From Acidimicrobiia bacterium (GTDB taxonomy: Bacteria > Actinomycetota > Acidimicrobiia > Spongiisociales > JAENVV01): 33,779 nucleotides of DNA. The first letter of the stretch is position 1. Each line of letters begins with the position of its first letter. Location: assembly GCA_041577335.1 (NCBI GenBank), contig JBFGJH010000035.1, positions 1-33,779 on the forward strand, given 5' to 3'. Shown piece by piece: positions 1-11,772 of this stretch. The notes under the pieces are model-generated. The model did not search any database and was not told where the DNA came from. It worked only from the letters and a program-made list of their open reading frames with translations. A program made the translations under genes and the position numbers.

Positions 1-32
1 GTCCTGGGCGGCATCCATCGGCCGCCCAGGAC
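1..32 (-). terminator. Probable intrinsic terminator hairpin downstream of the EEP gene
   Basis: Perfect 12-bp stem GTCCTGGGCGGC (1-12) / GCCGCCCAGGAC (21-32) with an 8-nt loop, 7 nt past the stop at 40. Any U-tract would lie outside the window. Confidence 0.6.
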
Positions 33-39
33 ACCACAC

Positions 40-1254
40 TCACCTGCGCCGGATGTTCACATCCACCCACACAAGGCGGTGGTCGGACGAGGGGAACGGG
101 AAGGTCCCCACCAGTCGGAACAGCGGATCGGACTCCACCGGCCAGAAGACGGCGCTTCCCAAGATCCTGAGGTTCTTGGACGGCAGCACGTAGTCGGCCC
201 GCAGATTGCCCGGAGTGAAGTCGCTGAAGTCGGCGGTGTCGAACGCGGGATCGCCGAGGTGGAGATCGTTGGCGCCACCCTGAAGAGCTGCTTGCTCCAC
301 AGCGCCTTCGCTGGACGGCGTGACACGGGTGTTGATCCCCGGATGTCCGAGCAGCTGGTCGATCGCATTTGCCGTCGAATCACCATCGTAAGGGTCGGCG
401 TTGAGGTCGCCGACGATCACGAATCTGTCACCCTTCGCCAGGCCCCCGTAGCTGCCCTCGTCGTCGTAGATGTACCCGCTCGTCCGGGGGTCGACGTAAT
501 CAGCCCAGAAGCGGATTTCATCGTGGTTGCGAGTGCCGTTGCGGTCCTCGGCGCCGTCGAACACCGGGGGTGTCGGGTGAGACGCCAGCACATGAACCGT
601 GGTCCCATTGACGTCGACTGGGACGTCCCAGTGGCTCTTCGACGACAGCCGAAACACCTCGAGTTCCTCTGGCGAGTACCAGTCACCTGCGGCGGGCGTA
701 TCCGGATCGTCGGGCAGCAATGCCCCGGGCATGTCGGCCCACAGGAAATGCTGAAACGTGCGGACGTCGCCGATCGGATATCGCGAGTACACGACCATCC
801 CGAATTGGCCCGGGAAGAACCCGAAGCCGTACGCGTCATTGGGCCCGCCAACATTTCCGTCGTTGTCCAGGTCGAAACCCGACGGAATGCCGGTATTCGA
901 CTCCGCGGTGAACGAGTACGGGTAGTTGATCGCAAAGGCGCCGTTCTGAGGCACGGCGAGATAGTTGTCGTGAAACAGCTGCGCGCCGAGCCCGGCGGCG
1001 TCGTAGTCGAATTCGTTGATGAGCACGACGTCGGGCCTGGTCCGCTGAATGATCTCGGCGATGGCCTGCGCTTGGGCGTTGTCCGGCGCCGAAAGATCCG
1101 AGACGAGGTCGCCTTCGTTGAAGCGGTTGAGTGATGCGTTGAATGTGGCAAACCGGGCACCGTGTTCATCGCGGTCAGGCCGGGCTGCGGCTGGGATCGC
1201 CAAGGCGGTCACCATGAGAGCCGACAAGACGAGGGTATAGAGCGGTCGATTCAT
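40..1254 (-). CDS. Secreted endonuclease/exonuclease/phosphatase (EEP) family protein
   Basis: Start moved to ATG 1254 (MNRPLY..., GGAG SD upstream). Sec signal peptide ending AIPAAA; EEP motifs ATFN, DVVLINEFD, GDLNAD, RADYVLPS, SSDHRLVW. Confidence 0.85.
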   Translation of the reverse strand: MNRPLYTLVLSALMVTALAIPAAARPDRDEHGARFATFNASLNRFNEGDLVSDLSAPDNAQAQAIAEIIQRTRPDVVLINEFDYDAAGLGAQLFHDNYLAVPQNGAFAINYPYSFTAESNTGIPSGFDLDNDGNVGGPNDAYGFGFFPGQFGMVVYSRYPIGDVRTFQHFLWADMPGALLPDDPDTPAAGDWYSPEELEVFRLSSKSHWDVPVDVNGTTVHVLASHPTPPVFDGAEDRNGTRNHDEIRFWADYVDPRTSGYIYDDEGSYGGLAKGDRFVIVGDLNADPYDGDSTANAIDQLLGHPGINTRVTPSSEGAVEQAALQGGANDLHLGDPAFDTADFSDFTPGNLRADYVLPSKNLRILGSAVFWPVESDPLFRLVGTFPFPSSDHRLVWVDVNIRRR

Positions 1255-1423
1255 TACTCCCCTTCCGATTGTGGTTCCGAACGTACACTCTGTCGAGCCA
1301 CCAAGACCACCGAAACGCGATTCGCCTGACCGGTATCGGAGATCCGCGCCTATCCTCGCTGTCGTAGGCCTCCCAGCGGCATCGGGCCGGTGGACGCCAG
1401 TTTCGGGGGAAGGCGCGAGCTGG

Positions 1424-2284
1424 ATGTTCAAAACCGAAGTTGTGATCACCGGAACAGGCACTCCCATGTTCCATCCACACATTGCCGGTCCCGGCGTGTT
1501 GGTCCGACGCGACGACGTTGCAATGCAGTTCGACGCCGGTCGGGCGACGACCATGCGACTCGCCGCCGCTCGGATGCCGCTGCCCGAACTGTCTGCCGTG
1601 TTCATCACGCACCACCACAGCGACCACGTTGTCGGCTTGACCGATCTTCTGTTCACACGTTGGTTGGAAGACCTCGACCGATCGGGGCAAAAACCTCTGC
1701 CGGTGTATGCGCCGGTCGGGCCCGCGCAGGACCTCGTCGAGCGCCTCCTCGAGCCATGGACGGACGAGGTGGCGATGCGCGCCGAACATCAGGCACGGCC
1801 CGATCTCCCGTTGCCGGAGGTGGTCGCGTTCCCTGCGACGGAGGCAGCGAAACGGATCTTCCGAGCCGGCGACGTGAAGGTCGACGCCTTTTTGGTCGAG
1901 CACCAGCCAGTCTCGCCTGCGGTTGGCTTTCGAATAACCGTGCCCGAAGGCATCATCGTCATTTCCGGCGACACGGTGGTGTGCCCTTCGGTGGAGGCAG
2001 CTGCCGAAGGAGCCGACATCCTCATCCACGAAGCGTTTTGTCGGCGGGCAATAGTGGATGGCACGCTGACGGACCCCGACAGCCTCGCCGAATACCACGC
2101 GGACTCCTACCAAGTGGGCAGGATGGCCGCTCGCCTCGACGTGGACACCCTTGTGCTCACCCACCTCATTCCTCCGATCATCAATGAGAACGTGCGGGAT
2201 GTGTTCATCAACGACGTCAGGAACGCAGGCTTCGACGGCAGGCTCATCGTGGCAGACGATCTCACTCGCATCGGCCTCAACTGA
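1424..2284 (+). CDS. MBL-fold metallo-hydrolase, RNase Z/AtsA sulfatase-like
   Basis: ITGTGTP, FDAG, THHHSDH, SGDT, HEA, YH and LTH motifs. Start placed at ATG 1424 (MFKTEVVITGTG). Confidence 0.85.
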   Translation: MFKTEVVITGTGTPMFHPHIAGPGVLVRRDDVAMQFDAGRATTMRLAAARMPLPELSAVFITHHHSDHVVGLTDLLFTRWLEDLDRSGQKPLPVYAPVGPAQDLVERLLEPWTDEVAMRAEHQARPDLPLPEVVAFPATEAAKRIFRAGDVKVDAFLVEHQPVSPAVGFRITVPEGIIVISGDTVVCPSVEAAAEGADILIHEAFCRRAIVDGTLTDPDSLAEYHADSYQVGRMAARLDVDTLVLTHLIPPIINENVRDVFINDVRNAGFDGRLIVADDLTRIGLN

Positions 2285-2287
2285 GCG

Positions 2288-3514
2288 CTACGGGAGTGGT
2301 TCGCTGGGCCGATGCCGAATCATCTCGCGAGTGATGCCCTTCAAGCTCGTCACTCCGTTGAGCGCCATGACCTGTCGCATGCCCGCATGGAGAAAATCGA
2401 AAGCAAAGTCCACGCCGGCTCGGCCCGCCGCACCCAGGCCGTAGAAGAATGGCCGGCCCACCATGACCGCATCGGCCCCGAGGGCGATCGCCTTCACGAT
2501 GTCGCTTCCCCGTCGCACCCCGCCATCAGAGATCACAGGAACCGCTCCGCCGAGCGCCTGAACGATCGGCTCGATCAGTTCCACCGGGGCGGGAGCGCCA
2601 TCGAGCTGCCTGCCGCCGTGGTTCGAGATGCACACCGAGTTCACGCCGGCGTCGACCGCCCGGCGGGCGTCGTCGACCGATTGGACCCCCTTGATCACGA
2701 TCGGGCCATCCCAGTTCGATCGGAACCAGTCGATGTCAGCCCATGACAGGGAAGGATCGAACTGCTCCTGGGTGTACGCCGCCAGATTGATTGCGTCGAC
2801 CCCATCACCAATCTCAGCTCGGGACACATTGGCAAACCGGATGGGCTCCGACCGGAGCAACTCCCATGTCCAGGAGGGGTGCAGGCCTCCTTGCAGCAGT
2901 GTGTCCAGGCCGATGGCCGGGGGAAGCGTGAAGCCCCGCCGGACATCACGCTCCCGCCGCCCGAGAACAGCAGTATCCACCGTTATCGCTATCGCTCGAT
3001 ATTGGGCGTCACGTGCCCGATCGAGCAGCTCCTTCACGAGTGTCCGGTCTTTCCACACATACACCTGAAACCAGTTGTTCCCACTTCCGGCTGCCGCCAC
3101 CTCCTCGATGGACCGTGTCCCCAGCGTGGACAGCGAGAATGGCACTCCGGCCTTCTCCGCTCCGGCCGCCAGCGCCAGCTCACCCAACGGATGGGCGATC
3201 CGGACGAACCCCATCGGCGCCACGATGAGAGGGAATGAGAGCTGCTCTCCGAACAACGTGGTCGTGGTGTCCATGCCTGAGACGTCCCGGAGAACCCGGG
3301 GCCGGAACTCGAACTCGGAAAACGCAGACGAGTTCCGCCGGTAGGTGAGCTCGTCTTCGGCGGCACCGTCGATGTAGTCGAACACGCCTCCGGGGAGCCG
3401 CTTCTTGGCCATGCGCCTCAGGTCGGCAATGTTGGCTGCTCGCGCCAGCCGGCGTGCGTCGGCGCTGCGTTCGAACCTGCGAAACCTGATGAGGGAACGG
3501 AGAGTCTCGAGCAT
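2288..3514 (-). CDS. lldD: FMN-dependent alpha-hydroxy acid dehydrogenase (L-lactate dehydrogenase-like)
   Basis: FDYIDGAAEDE, WFQVYV, TVDTAVLGRRERD, IKGVQ, SNHGGRQLD, DGGVRRGSDIVKA motifs. -10 TATCGT 7 nt upstream of ATG. Confidence 0.85.
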   Translation of the reverse strand: MLETLRSLIRFRRFERSADARRLARAANIADLRRMAKKRLPGGVFDYIDGAAEDELTYRRNSSAFSEFEFRPRVLRDVSGMDTTTTLFGEQLSFPLIVAPMGFVRIAHPLGELALAAGAEKAGVPFSLSTLGTRSIEEVAAAGSGNNWFQVYVWKDRTLVKELLDRARDAQYRAIAITVDTAVLGRRERDVRRGFTLPPAIGLDTLLQGGLHPSWTWELLRSEPIRFANVSRAEIGDGVDAINLAAYTQEQFDPSLSWADIDWFRSNWDGPIVIKGVQSVDDARRAVDAGVNSVCISNHGGRQLDGAPAPVELIEPIVQALGGAVPVISDGGVRRGSDIVKAIALGADAVMVGRPFFYGLGAAGRAGVDFAFDFLHAGMRQVMALNGVTSLKGITREMIRHRPSEPLP

Positions 3515-3574
3515 CGGTTCGACGATACTGCCCTACGGTCGACGATGGAGCATCGCAAGGGCTCCTGGGAAGAT

Positions 3575-4144
3575 TCAGTCGCTCGGCGGATGGTCCACCG
3601 GCGGCTGATGGATTGTGCGGTCCCGCCACCGCTCGGCGAGGTCGGCGGCAACGTCATCCTTCGATCGGTACGTGGCGTCCACAACCCAATCGGAGACGGC
3701 GGCATACAAATCATGGCGATGCTCCATGAGGTCCCCGAGACGTGTTCGGAGATCACCGTCGAGGACGGGGCGGCGCTTCCTCGAAATGAGTCTGTCGGCG
3801 AGGTAGTCGAGATCCATCGTGACCCAGGCGACGACACCCGTCGTGTGCATCACCGAGCGGGAAACATCAGAGAGAACGGCGCCGCCTCCGGTTGCCACGA
3901 TGGCCGGAGTCACCCGCTGTCCGGCGGCCTCCACCGCCTGGACTTCCAGCCGCCGAAACGCAGCTTCGCCGTGTCGGTCCCACAGCTCAGCGATGGACAA
4001 ATGGCACTGGCGGGAAACCTCCGCGTCGATGTCGAGGAAGGGCATCTCGAGCGTGGAGGCGAGTCGTTTGCCGATCGACGTCTTTCCTACTCCCGTGAGC
4101 CCCACCAACCACAGATGTCGGAAGTCACGAGATTGAGCGGCCAT
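3575..4144 (-). CDS. aroK: Shikimate kinase
   Basis: Walker A GLTGVGKT, FLDID, GEAAFRRLE, ATGGG, RPVL and R...Y motifs. Confidence 0.9.
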   Translation of the reverse strand: MAAQSRDFRHLWLVGLTGVGKTSIGKRLASTLEMPFLDIDAEVSRQCHLSIAELWDRHGEAAFRRLEVQAVEAAGQRVTPAIVATGGGAVLSDVSRSVMHTTGVVAWVTMDLDYLADRLISRKRRPVLDGDLRTRLGDLMEHRHDLYAAVSDWVVDATYRSKDDVAADLAERWRDRTIHQPPVDHPPSD

Positions 4145-4204
4145 GGGGCGAGGTTACCGGGCGTGCCCCGGCTGCTGCCGACTGCACTGGGTAGTGTCAA
4201 CCCC

Positions 4205-4834
4205 ATGACCACCATCAGACGGCTGACCAACTCTTGTCTCCTGGTCTCCGAGCCGGCCGGGACGACCCTCTTCGATCCCGGGTTCTTCACCTTTGGATAC
4301 ACCGACATCGACCTCGCCACCATCGGGGATGTTCAACGCGTCCTCATCACTCACGAACATGGCGACCACGTGAGCCCTGATTTCGTGCGGTGGCTCGTTG
4401 ATCGGGGAACGGACGTCGTGGTTCACTCGAATCAGGCCGTCGCCGACCTGCTCTCTGGGTACGACATTGCAGTCACGATCGACAACCCTGCCGGTGTGAG
4501 CTCCGAAGACGTGCTTCACGAGATGATTCCCACCGGCGCAACACCGCCCAATCGGGCATACACGATCGATGGGCTGATCACCCACCCAGGAGACAGCTAC
4601 GCCCCCACCTCCACCGGCCCCATCTTGGCTCTCCCCCTCCTGACTCCGTGGGGTACCACGACTCGCTCGGTCGAGTTCGCCAGACAATTGCAGCCCAGCC
4701 AGGTCATCCCCATCCACGACTTCTATCTGAGCGAGAGTGGTCGCCGGTTCATCGTGAAAATGGCAACCGCGGTTCTTTCCAAGAGCGAGATCGAGGTCGT
4801 TCCCCTCGACTGGGGCGACAGCTACACGGTCTGA
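4205..4834 (+). CDS. MBL-fold metallo-hydrolase (UlaG-like)
   Basis: FDPG, ITHEHGDH, HPGDS, IPIHD. ATG 4205 supported by -10 TAGTGT 7 nt upstream. Confidence 0.85.
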   Translation: MTTIRRLTNSCLLVSEPAGTTLFDPGFFTFGYTDIDLATIGDVQRVLITHEHGDHVSPDFVRWLVDRGTDVVVHSNQAVADLLSGYDIAVTIDNPAGVSSEDVLHEMIPTGATPPNRAYTIDGLITHPGDSYAPTSTGPILALPLLTPWGTTTRSVEFARQLQPSQVIPIHDFYLSESGRRFIVKMATAVLSKSEIEVVPLDWGDSYTV

Positions 4835-4843
4835 CCAGGGCGA

Positions 4844-6370
4844 CTACCCAGCGTCGCCAATGCCATCGAACTCACCGGCCGCCAGCCGTGCCGCAATCGC
4901 CTCGATGTCGGGTCCGACCGGCCGATCGCCGCCAAGTGTTTCGACCACGGACCGAACGGCACGGTGAACCGCGCCGGTCCCGCGTCCCGGGCGTAAGGGG
5001 TGGCGCTGATCGATGCCCTGTGCGCCGCACAGGAGCTCGATGGCGAGGACGAGGCGCACATTGTCGATAACTGCCCACAGCTTGTTGGCCGCGCCAAATC
5101 CCATCGAAACATGATCTTCCTGGAGGCCCGAGGTGGGGATGGAGTCGATCGAGGCGGGGTGCGCCAGCACTCTCGTTTCGGCAACGAGGGCGGCTGCGGT
5201 GTACTGCGCCAGCATCAGGCCCGAGTGAAGGCCGGGCGTGGTGGCCAGGAAAGGCGAAAGCCCCGACGACCTGTCCGGGTCCAGCATTCGGTCGGTCCGC
5301 CGCTCGGAGATCGAGGCAAGCTCCTCCAGCGCAATGGCCATGAAGTCGAGGGCGAACGCAAGCGGTTGCCCATGGAAATTGCCACCGGACAGCACGTCTC
5401 CGGACTCGGCAAAAACCACCGGATTGTCCACCACCGCCCCGAGCTCTGTCTCGAACACCCCGGCGCAGTGGCGCAGGGTGTCGCGCACGGCACCGTGCAC
5501 TTGGGGAGCACATCGCAGCGAGTAGGCGTCCTGTACTGCGTGCGTGAAATCCTCGCGATGACTCTCCACGATCTCGGAGCCGTCGAGGAGACGGGCGATG
5601 TGGGCAGCGGATTCGATCTGGCCACGATGCGGGCGCAAGTCGTGAAGGCGGGGGTCGTATGGGGTCTTTGAGCCGAGCACCGCCTCCACGGTCAGCGCAC
5701 AAGCCTGGTCGGCAATCGAGGCCAGCCTCTCGGCCTCGCGCATGGCCAGGACGCCCATGGCCAGCATGCCTTCTGTGCCGTTGAGCAGGCTCAGGCCCTC
5801 CTTGGCGGACAAGACGATCGGCGCGATGCCCGTCGCCGCCAATCCTTCGCCGGCAGCGACGGTCACGCCATCGACGTTCACCTTCCCCTCGCCGATCAAG
5901 GGAAGCGCCAGATGCGCAAATGGTGCCAGGTCACCGCTCGCTCCCACCGAACCCTGCGAGGGAACGACCGGGAGGACGTCGTTGGCGAGCATCTCGAGGA
6001 TCTTCTCAACGACGATCGGCCGCACCCCCGAGTGACCTTGCGAGAGCGTGCGAGCGCGGAGGAGCAGCATGGCGCGGACCACACGGGCCGGCAGGGCCTT
6101 CCCCACGCCGGCGGCGTGCGATCGCAGCAGCTCATGCTGCAACCTGTCAACGTCCGCTCGATCGATGTGCGTCGTTGCCAGCGCCCCGAAGCCGGTGGTG
6201 ATGCCGTAGACGACTCGCTCCTCGGCGATCGCCGCTTCCACGGTCCGACGGGCATCCATCATCAGCGAACGGGCCGAATCAGCGAGCTCCACCGAGGCGG
6301 ATCGGTCGGCTACCGCAGCCACTTGGTCCCGGGTGAGTGGGCCTCCATCGAGAACGACCTGTGCTGTCAT
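4844..6370 (-). CDS. hutH: Histidine ammonia-lyase
   Basis: YGITTGFG, RSHAAGVG, MIO-forming GSVGASGDLAP, KEGLSLLNGT, VQDAYSLRC, GGNFHGQP, QEDHVSMG. Confidence 0.96.
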   Translation of the reverse strand: MTAQVVLDGGPLTRDQVAAVADRSASVELADSARSLMMDARRTVEAAIAEERVVYGITTGFGALATTHIDRADVDRLQHELLRSHAAGVGKALPARVVRAMLLLRARTLSQGHSGVRPIVVEKILEMLANDVLPVVPSQGSVGASGDLAPFAHLALPLIGEGKVNVDGVTVAAGEGLAATGIAPIVLSAKEGLSLLNGTEGMLAMGVLAMREAERLASIADQACALTVEAVLGSKTPYDPRLHDLRPHRGQIESAAHIARLLDGSEIVESHREDFTHAVQDAYSLRCAPQVHGAVRDTLRHCAGVFETELGAVVDNPVVFAESGDVLSGGNFHGQPLAFALDFMAIALEELASISERRTDRMLDPDRSSGLSPFLATTPGLHSGLMLAQYTAAALVAETRVLAHPASIDSIPTSGLQEDHVSMGFGAANKLWAVIDNVRLVLAIELLCGAQGIDQRHPLRPGRGTGAVHRAVRSVVETLGGDRPVGPDIEAIAARLAAGEFDGIGDAG

Positions 6371-6942
6371 GTTGTTTCCCTCACCACCTGTTCGATGTAT
6401 TGCTCGAACTGAGCTCGCCGATGCTCATTGAACTGACTCCATGTTGACATCGTTCGTGTGTCCGTGACGCGGTCGACGAAGATCATTCCGTCAAGGTGAT
6501 CGAGCTCGTGTTGGGCAGTCCCTGCGGTGAGTCCACGGAAGTGATGCTCGACCTCGCGGCCCGTCCTGTCCAATGCCTGCACGATCGCCTCGCGGGGCCG
6601 CACAAGGTCCCCGCGCAGGTCGGGCACCGACAGGCATCCCTCGTTGTTCTGATAGGAGTCATCGCTCGTCCATACGAAGCGCGGGTTGATGAGGATGGTC
6701 AGCGGGTGGGGCGGTTTGTAGGGATATCGGGGGTTCCCTGGCCGCACCTCGATGGCGCAGATGCGCCGGGGATCATGAACCTGGTTGGCCGCAATGCCTG
6801 CCCCGTTGGCATGTCGCATCGTCTCGACGAGCGAGTCGATGAAGGTCTGGCACTCGGCACTGGCCAGCTCCTCGGTCGTCACGGCAACCGTCGGGCGACG
6901 CAGTATTGGATGACCGATCGTGGCGATCCCGAGGATGGTCAT
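6367..6942 (-). CDS. def: Peptide deformylase
   Basis: All three PDF motifs present: GAGIAANQ, EGCLS, QHELDH. ATG 6942 overlaps the hutI stop (ATGA); its own stop overlaps the hutH ATG. Confidence 0.93.
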   Translation of the reverse strand: MTILGIATIGHPILRRPTVAVTTEELASAECQTFIDSLVETMRHANGAGIAANQVHDPRRICAIEVRPGNPRYPYKPPHPLTILINPRFVWTSDDSYQNNEGCLSVPDLRGDLVRPREAIVQALDRTGREVEHHFRGLTAGTAQHELDHLDGMIFVDRVTDTRTMSTWSQFNEHRRAQFEQYIEQVVRETT

Positions 6943-8126
6943 GCCGGGTCCCAAACGCGTCGCCGCCCACCGATGACAATGCCGTGGCACATCGGGGCAC
7001 CGAGCCAGTAGACCAGCTCGGTCGGGCTGGAAATGTCCCACACGGCAAGATCGGCTCGCAAGCCGAGGCCGATCTTTCCACGATCCGGGAGGCCGGTGGC
7101 CGCTGCGGCGTTGACCGTGATCCCGGCATACGCCTCGGCAGGGGTGAGCCCGAAGCGATGGATCGCCAAGCTTGCCGCCAACGGGAGAGAGGCCAGCGGA
7201 GATGAACCAGGGTTGAGGTCCGTTGTGATCGCCATGGGGATGCCGTGACTTCGAAACTCGGCGACCGGCGGGCGAGCTTCCTCAGCGAGGAAGAGCGATG
7301 CGCCCGGGACCAAGGCTGCAACCGTCCCTGCCGAGGCAAGCGCCGCCATGACCGAACTCGACACGTGTTCACAATGGTCGATGCTCAAGGCCCGATGGGC
7401 AGCAGCTACTTCGGCCCCACCGACATCGGAGAGCTGGCCGGCGTGCGCCTTCACCGCATACCCGTGTCGCCGGGCTGCAGAGAAGATCTGGTCGGCCTCG
7501 GCTGCCGTGAATGCGATTCGCTCGATGAACACGTCGACGGCATCGGCCAGGCCACGCGCCTGCGGAATCATCTCTGAGCAAACGGCCTCGACGAACCCGG
7601 CGCGGTCCGCCCCGGATGGGAGCACATGCGCTCCCAAGAGCGTGGTCGTGACCTCGATCCCGGTGGCATCGGCCGCCTCCCTGGCAACGCGCAACATCCT
7701 CAATTCATCCTGGACGGTGAGCCCATATCCGGATTTGACCTCGACCGTGGTCACTCCCGATCGCATCAGCCACTCGAGGCGCTGCTTCGCCCCTCCGACG
7801 AGCTCGTCGGTGGCGGCCTCCCGGGTTGCCTGAACGGTTGAGCGAATCCCTCCTCCCGATTCGGCGATCTCGGTGTATGACTCACCCGCGAGACGGCGGC
7901 GGAAGTCGCCGAACCGGTCTCCCCCGAACACGAGATGGGTGTGGCAATCGACGAGTCCCGGCGTGATGAGCCGGCCCGCAACATCCCAGGTTTGTTGGGC
8001 GACTGGAGCATCCTTGGCCGGCCCGAGGTAGGTGATGAGACCTGTGGCGATGCCAATGGCAACGTCCGCCGGCTCACCGCTGTCGCCGACAACGGCGCCG
8101 CCCGTGACGAGCAGGTCGAGCGTCAT
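6939..8126 (-). CDS. hutI: Imidazolonepropionase
   Basis: PGLVDCHTH, GGGIRSTV, GVTTVEVKSGYGL, HAGQL, SIDHCEH, TDLNPGSSP. Confidence 0.95.
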   Translation of the reverse strand: MTLDLLVTGGAVVGDSGEPADVAIGIATGLITYLGPAKDAPVAQQTWDVAGRLITPGLVDCHTHLVFGGDRFGDFRRRLAGESYTEIAESGGGIRSTVQATREAATDELVGGAKQRLEWLMRSGVTTVEVKSGYGLTVQDELRMLRVAREAADATGIEVTTTLLGAHVLPSGADRAGFVEAVCSEMIPQARGLADAVDVFIERIAFTAAEADQIFSAARRHGYAVKAHAGQLSDVGGAEVAAAHRALSIDHCEHVSSSVMAALASAGTVAALVPGASLFLAEEARPPVAEFRSHGIPMAITTDLNPGSSPLASLPLAASLAIHRFGLTPAEAYAGITVNAAAATGLPDRGKIGLGLRADLAVWDISSPTELVYWLGAPMCHGIVIGGRRRVWDPA

Positions 8127-9453
8127 GAGTCGATACCGATCGCGTGGATGGCCGAGGTCAGGAGTCTCGGGACTGACTCGATGAGTTGGTGCCGGCCGCC
8201 GTCGACGATGTGGCGACCGGCCACGAACACGTGGGCAACGTCACCGGCCGTCGCAGCGAACACCACCGATGAGACCGACAGGTTGCCCGCCATCCGAACG
8301 GTATCCGGTCGAATCACGACGAAGTCGGCCGGTTGGCCGGCGGCGAGCCGCCCGCCTTCGATGCCCAGCGACTGCACGCCGACGGTCGTGGCCGCCGCCA
8401 ACAACGCCACCGGATCATGAATGCCCCGCCGGCGGAGCCGAGCGCGATCGTTGAGCTCTACGGCCCGGGCCTCCTCGAACAGGTCGATGGACGCATGCGA
8501 GTCCGAGCCGAGCGCCCACCGAATGCCGTCGGCGGCGAATTCCGCAGCGGGCGCCCAGCCGTCTCCCAGATCGCGTTCGGTGGTGGGACAGAGACACACC
8601 ATCGAGCCAGAGGTTGCCAGGAGGGCCCGGTCGCCGGCACCGACATGAATGGCGTGGACACCGGTCGTCATTGGGCCGAGCGCACCTCCATCGGCGAGTA
8701 CCTGCGTTGGGGTTCGGCCCAGCACCTCGATACACCGCTGGTTTTCACGGAGTTGCTCCGACAGATGCACGTGGAGAGGACCTGTCCCTGCGCCCGCGGC
8801 GACGGTGGACATCGCTTGCTGCGGAACGGCGCGCACCGAATGCACGGCTGCCCCAACGGTCACCTCGGCGACGGCGGCGTAGTCGCCGGCCAATAGCTCG
8901 TGTCGCTCGTGCCAGGCGTCGGCGCTGCCGTCGGAGAATCTCAGTTGCGGTCCCTCGAGCGCGGCCCCGTCGACGTCGGCCGTGAGATAACACGTGTCGA
9001 GCAATACCAGGCGCAGACCCGCAGAACGCGCCGCTCTGACGACAGCATGGCTCATGGCGTTGCGATCGTCGTACCGGGCTCCCTGGCGATCATGGTGGAG
9101 ATAGTGGAACTCGCCAACCGTGGTCACACCCGCCAGCGCCATTTCGCCGAACACTGCCGTAGCCAGCGCCTCGTAAGTGTCGGGCTGAAGAGCATCGGCG
9201 ATGCGGTACATGAGCTCGCGCCAGGCCCAGAAGTCCCCTTGTTCGTGCGTTCTGGCCCGGAGCGCGCGATGAAAGGCATGCGAGTGCGCATTCACCAACC
9301 CTGGCACCATGACCCCTTCGAGATGGATCGCCCCACGCGTCGGCGTGGGCCGGGCGGCGACGCTGCTGATCGTCCCGGTCGCGTCCACCACCACCTCGAT
9401 GCCGTCGACAGATTCGTGTCCGGTCCACCCGTGGGGTGACCAGTAGGTGGCGG

Positions 9454-9457
<4 letters not shown>
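8123..9457 (-). CDS. hutF: Formimidoylglutamate deiminase
   Basis: [60 protein letters not shown] 9457 overlaps the hutU stop. Confidence 0.93.
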
Positions 9458-11109
<1,652 letters not shown>

Positions 11110-11119
11110 CCCTCCTGTC

Positions 11120-11137
11120 GTCTGAGTCGCCAGACTA
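11120..11137 (-). promoter_or_regulatory. Putative hut operator palindrome overlapping the -10 element
   Basis: GTCTG-AGTCGC-CAGAC inverted repeat (11120-11135) overlaps minus-strand TAGTCT (11132-11137), just upstream of the hutU SD. Confidence 0.55.
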
Positions 11138-11178
11138 CGCGTCGCGATACGGCACGGGTCGCCATTCCCGATGGTATG

Positions 11179-11637
11179 TCACGCGGTATATGGCTGAACG
11201 AGCTCCGTGCGCCAACTCGCCACGTCCGGATCCTCGGTGGGATCGGAGTAGTAGACCTCCCAAGGATCGCCGTCGGGTAGCGCACCATGCTCCTCCAACC
11301 AATCCTGGACGGCCAGGTAGGTGGGTTCCAGTGAGCCGTAAGAACCCAAGTGTGAAGCCCCGGCTGCCAATCCGCCCGGCAGGGACGATGACACGACTTC
11401 GCCCGAGCCGGTCGCCTCGCTCTCCACAGGGAAGCCGGCCTCGATCTCGAACTCGACCGGGTTCTTCTTCACGATGTGAAAGCGGGCAAATGGCGGCCCT
11501 GCGATGCGATCTCCGGCGACCTTCGCGGTGGTTTCGTACGCCCGGCACAGCCATTCTCCGACAGCCGAGAGGGCGAGCCGATTCCGCATCACGAGCGTCG
11601 GCTCACTCTTGAGCACCCTGGACTTGATCTCGTACAC
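11179..11637 (-). CDS. GyrI-like small-molecule-binding domain protein
   Basis: AGPPFARF, EIEAGFPV, LPGG...HLGSYGSL...Y...W, PWEVYYSDP, RTEL pattern. GTG with AGGAGG SD. Confidence 0.85.
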   Translation of the reverse strand: MYEIKSRVLKSEPTLVMRNRLALSAVGEWLCRAYETTAKVAGDRIAGPPFARFHIVKKNPVEFEIEAGFPVESEATGSGEVVSSSLPGGLAAGASHLGSYGSLEPTYLAVQDWLEEHGALPDGDPWEVYYSDPTEDPDVASWRTELVQPYTA

Positions 11638-11772
11638 AACGACCTCCTCGTCGTGACGAGTCGAATTGTCGGGTTGAGGGTTGCCGCCGAATAGTGCCGA
11701 AAGTCATATCTTTCCCTACTTCTCGGTGGCTGCGACTAGACCGAACCGAGACCCGACCACGGCCGGCTCCGG

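Noticed and set aside
2288..3514. Mycofactocin MftD
   Set aside because: The SNHGGRQLD motif fits the LldD type and no mft genes are present.
3545..4204. N-terminal extensions in the ORF track (also 1255-1656, 9458-9673, 22896-23402, 24423-24761, 31579-31707)
   Set aside because: Most overlap real neighbouring genes; downstream starts have SD, -10 or coupling support and match domain boundaries.
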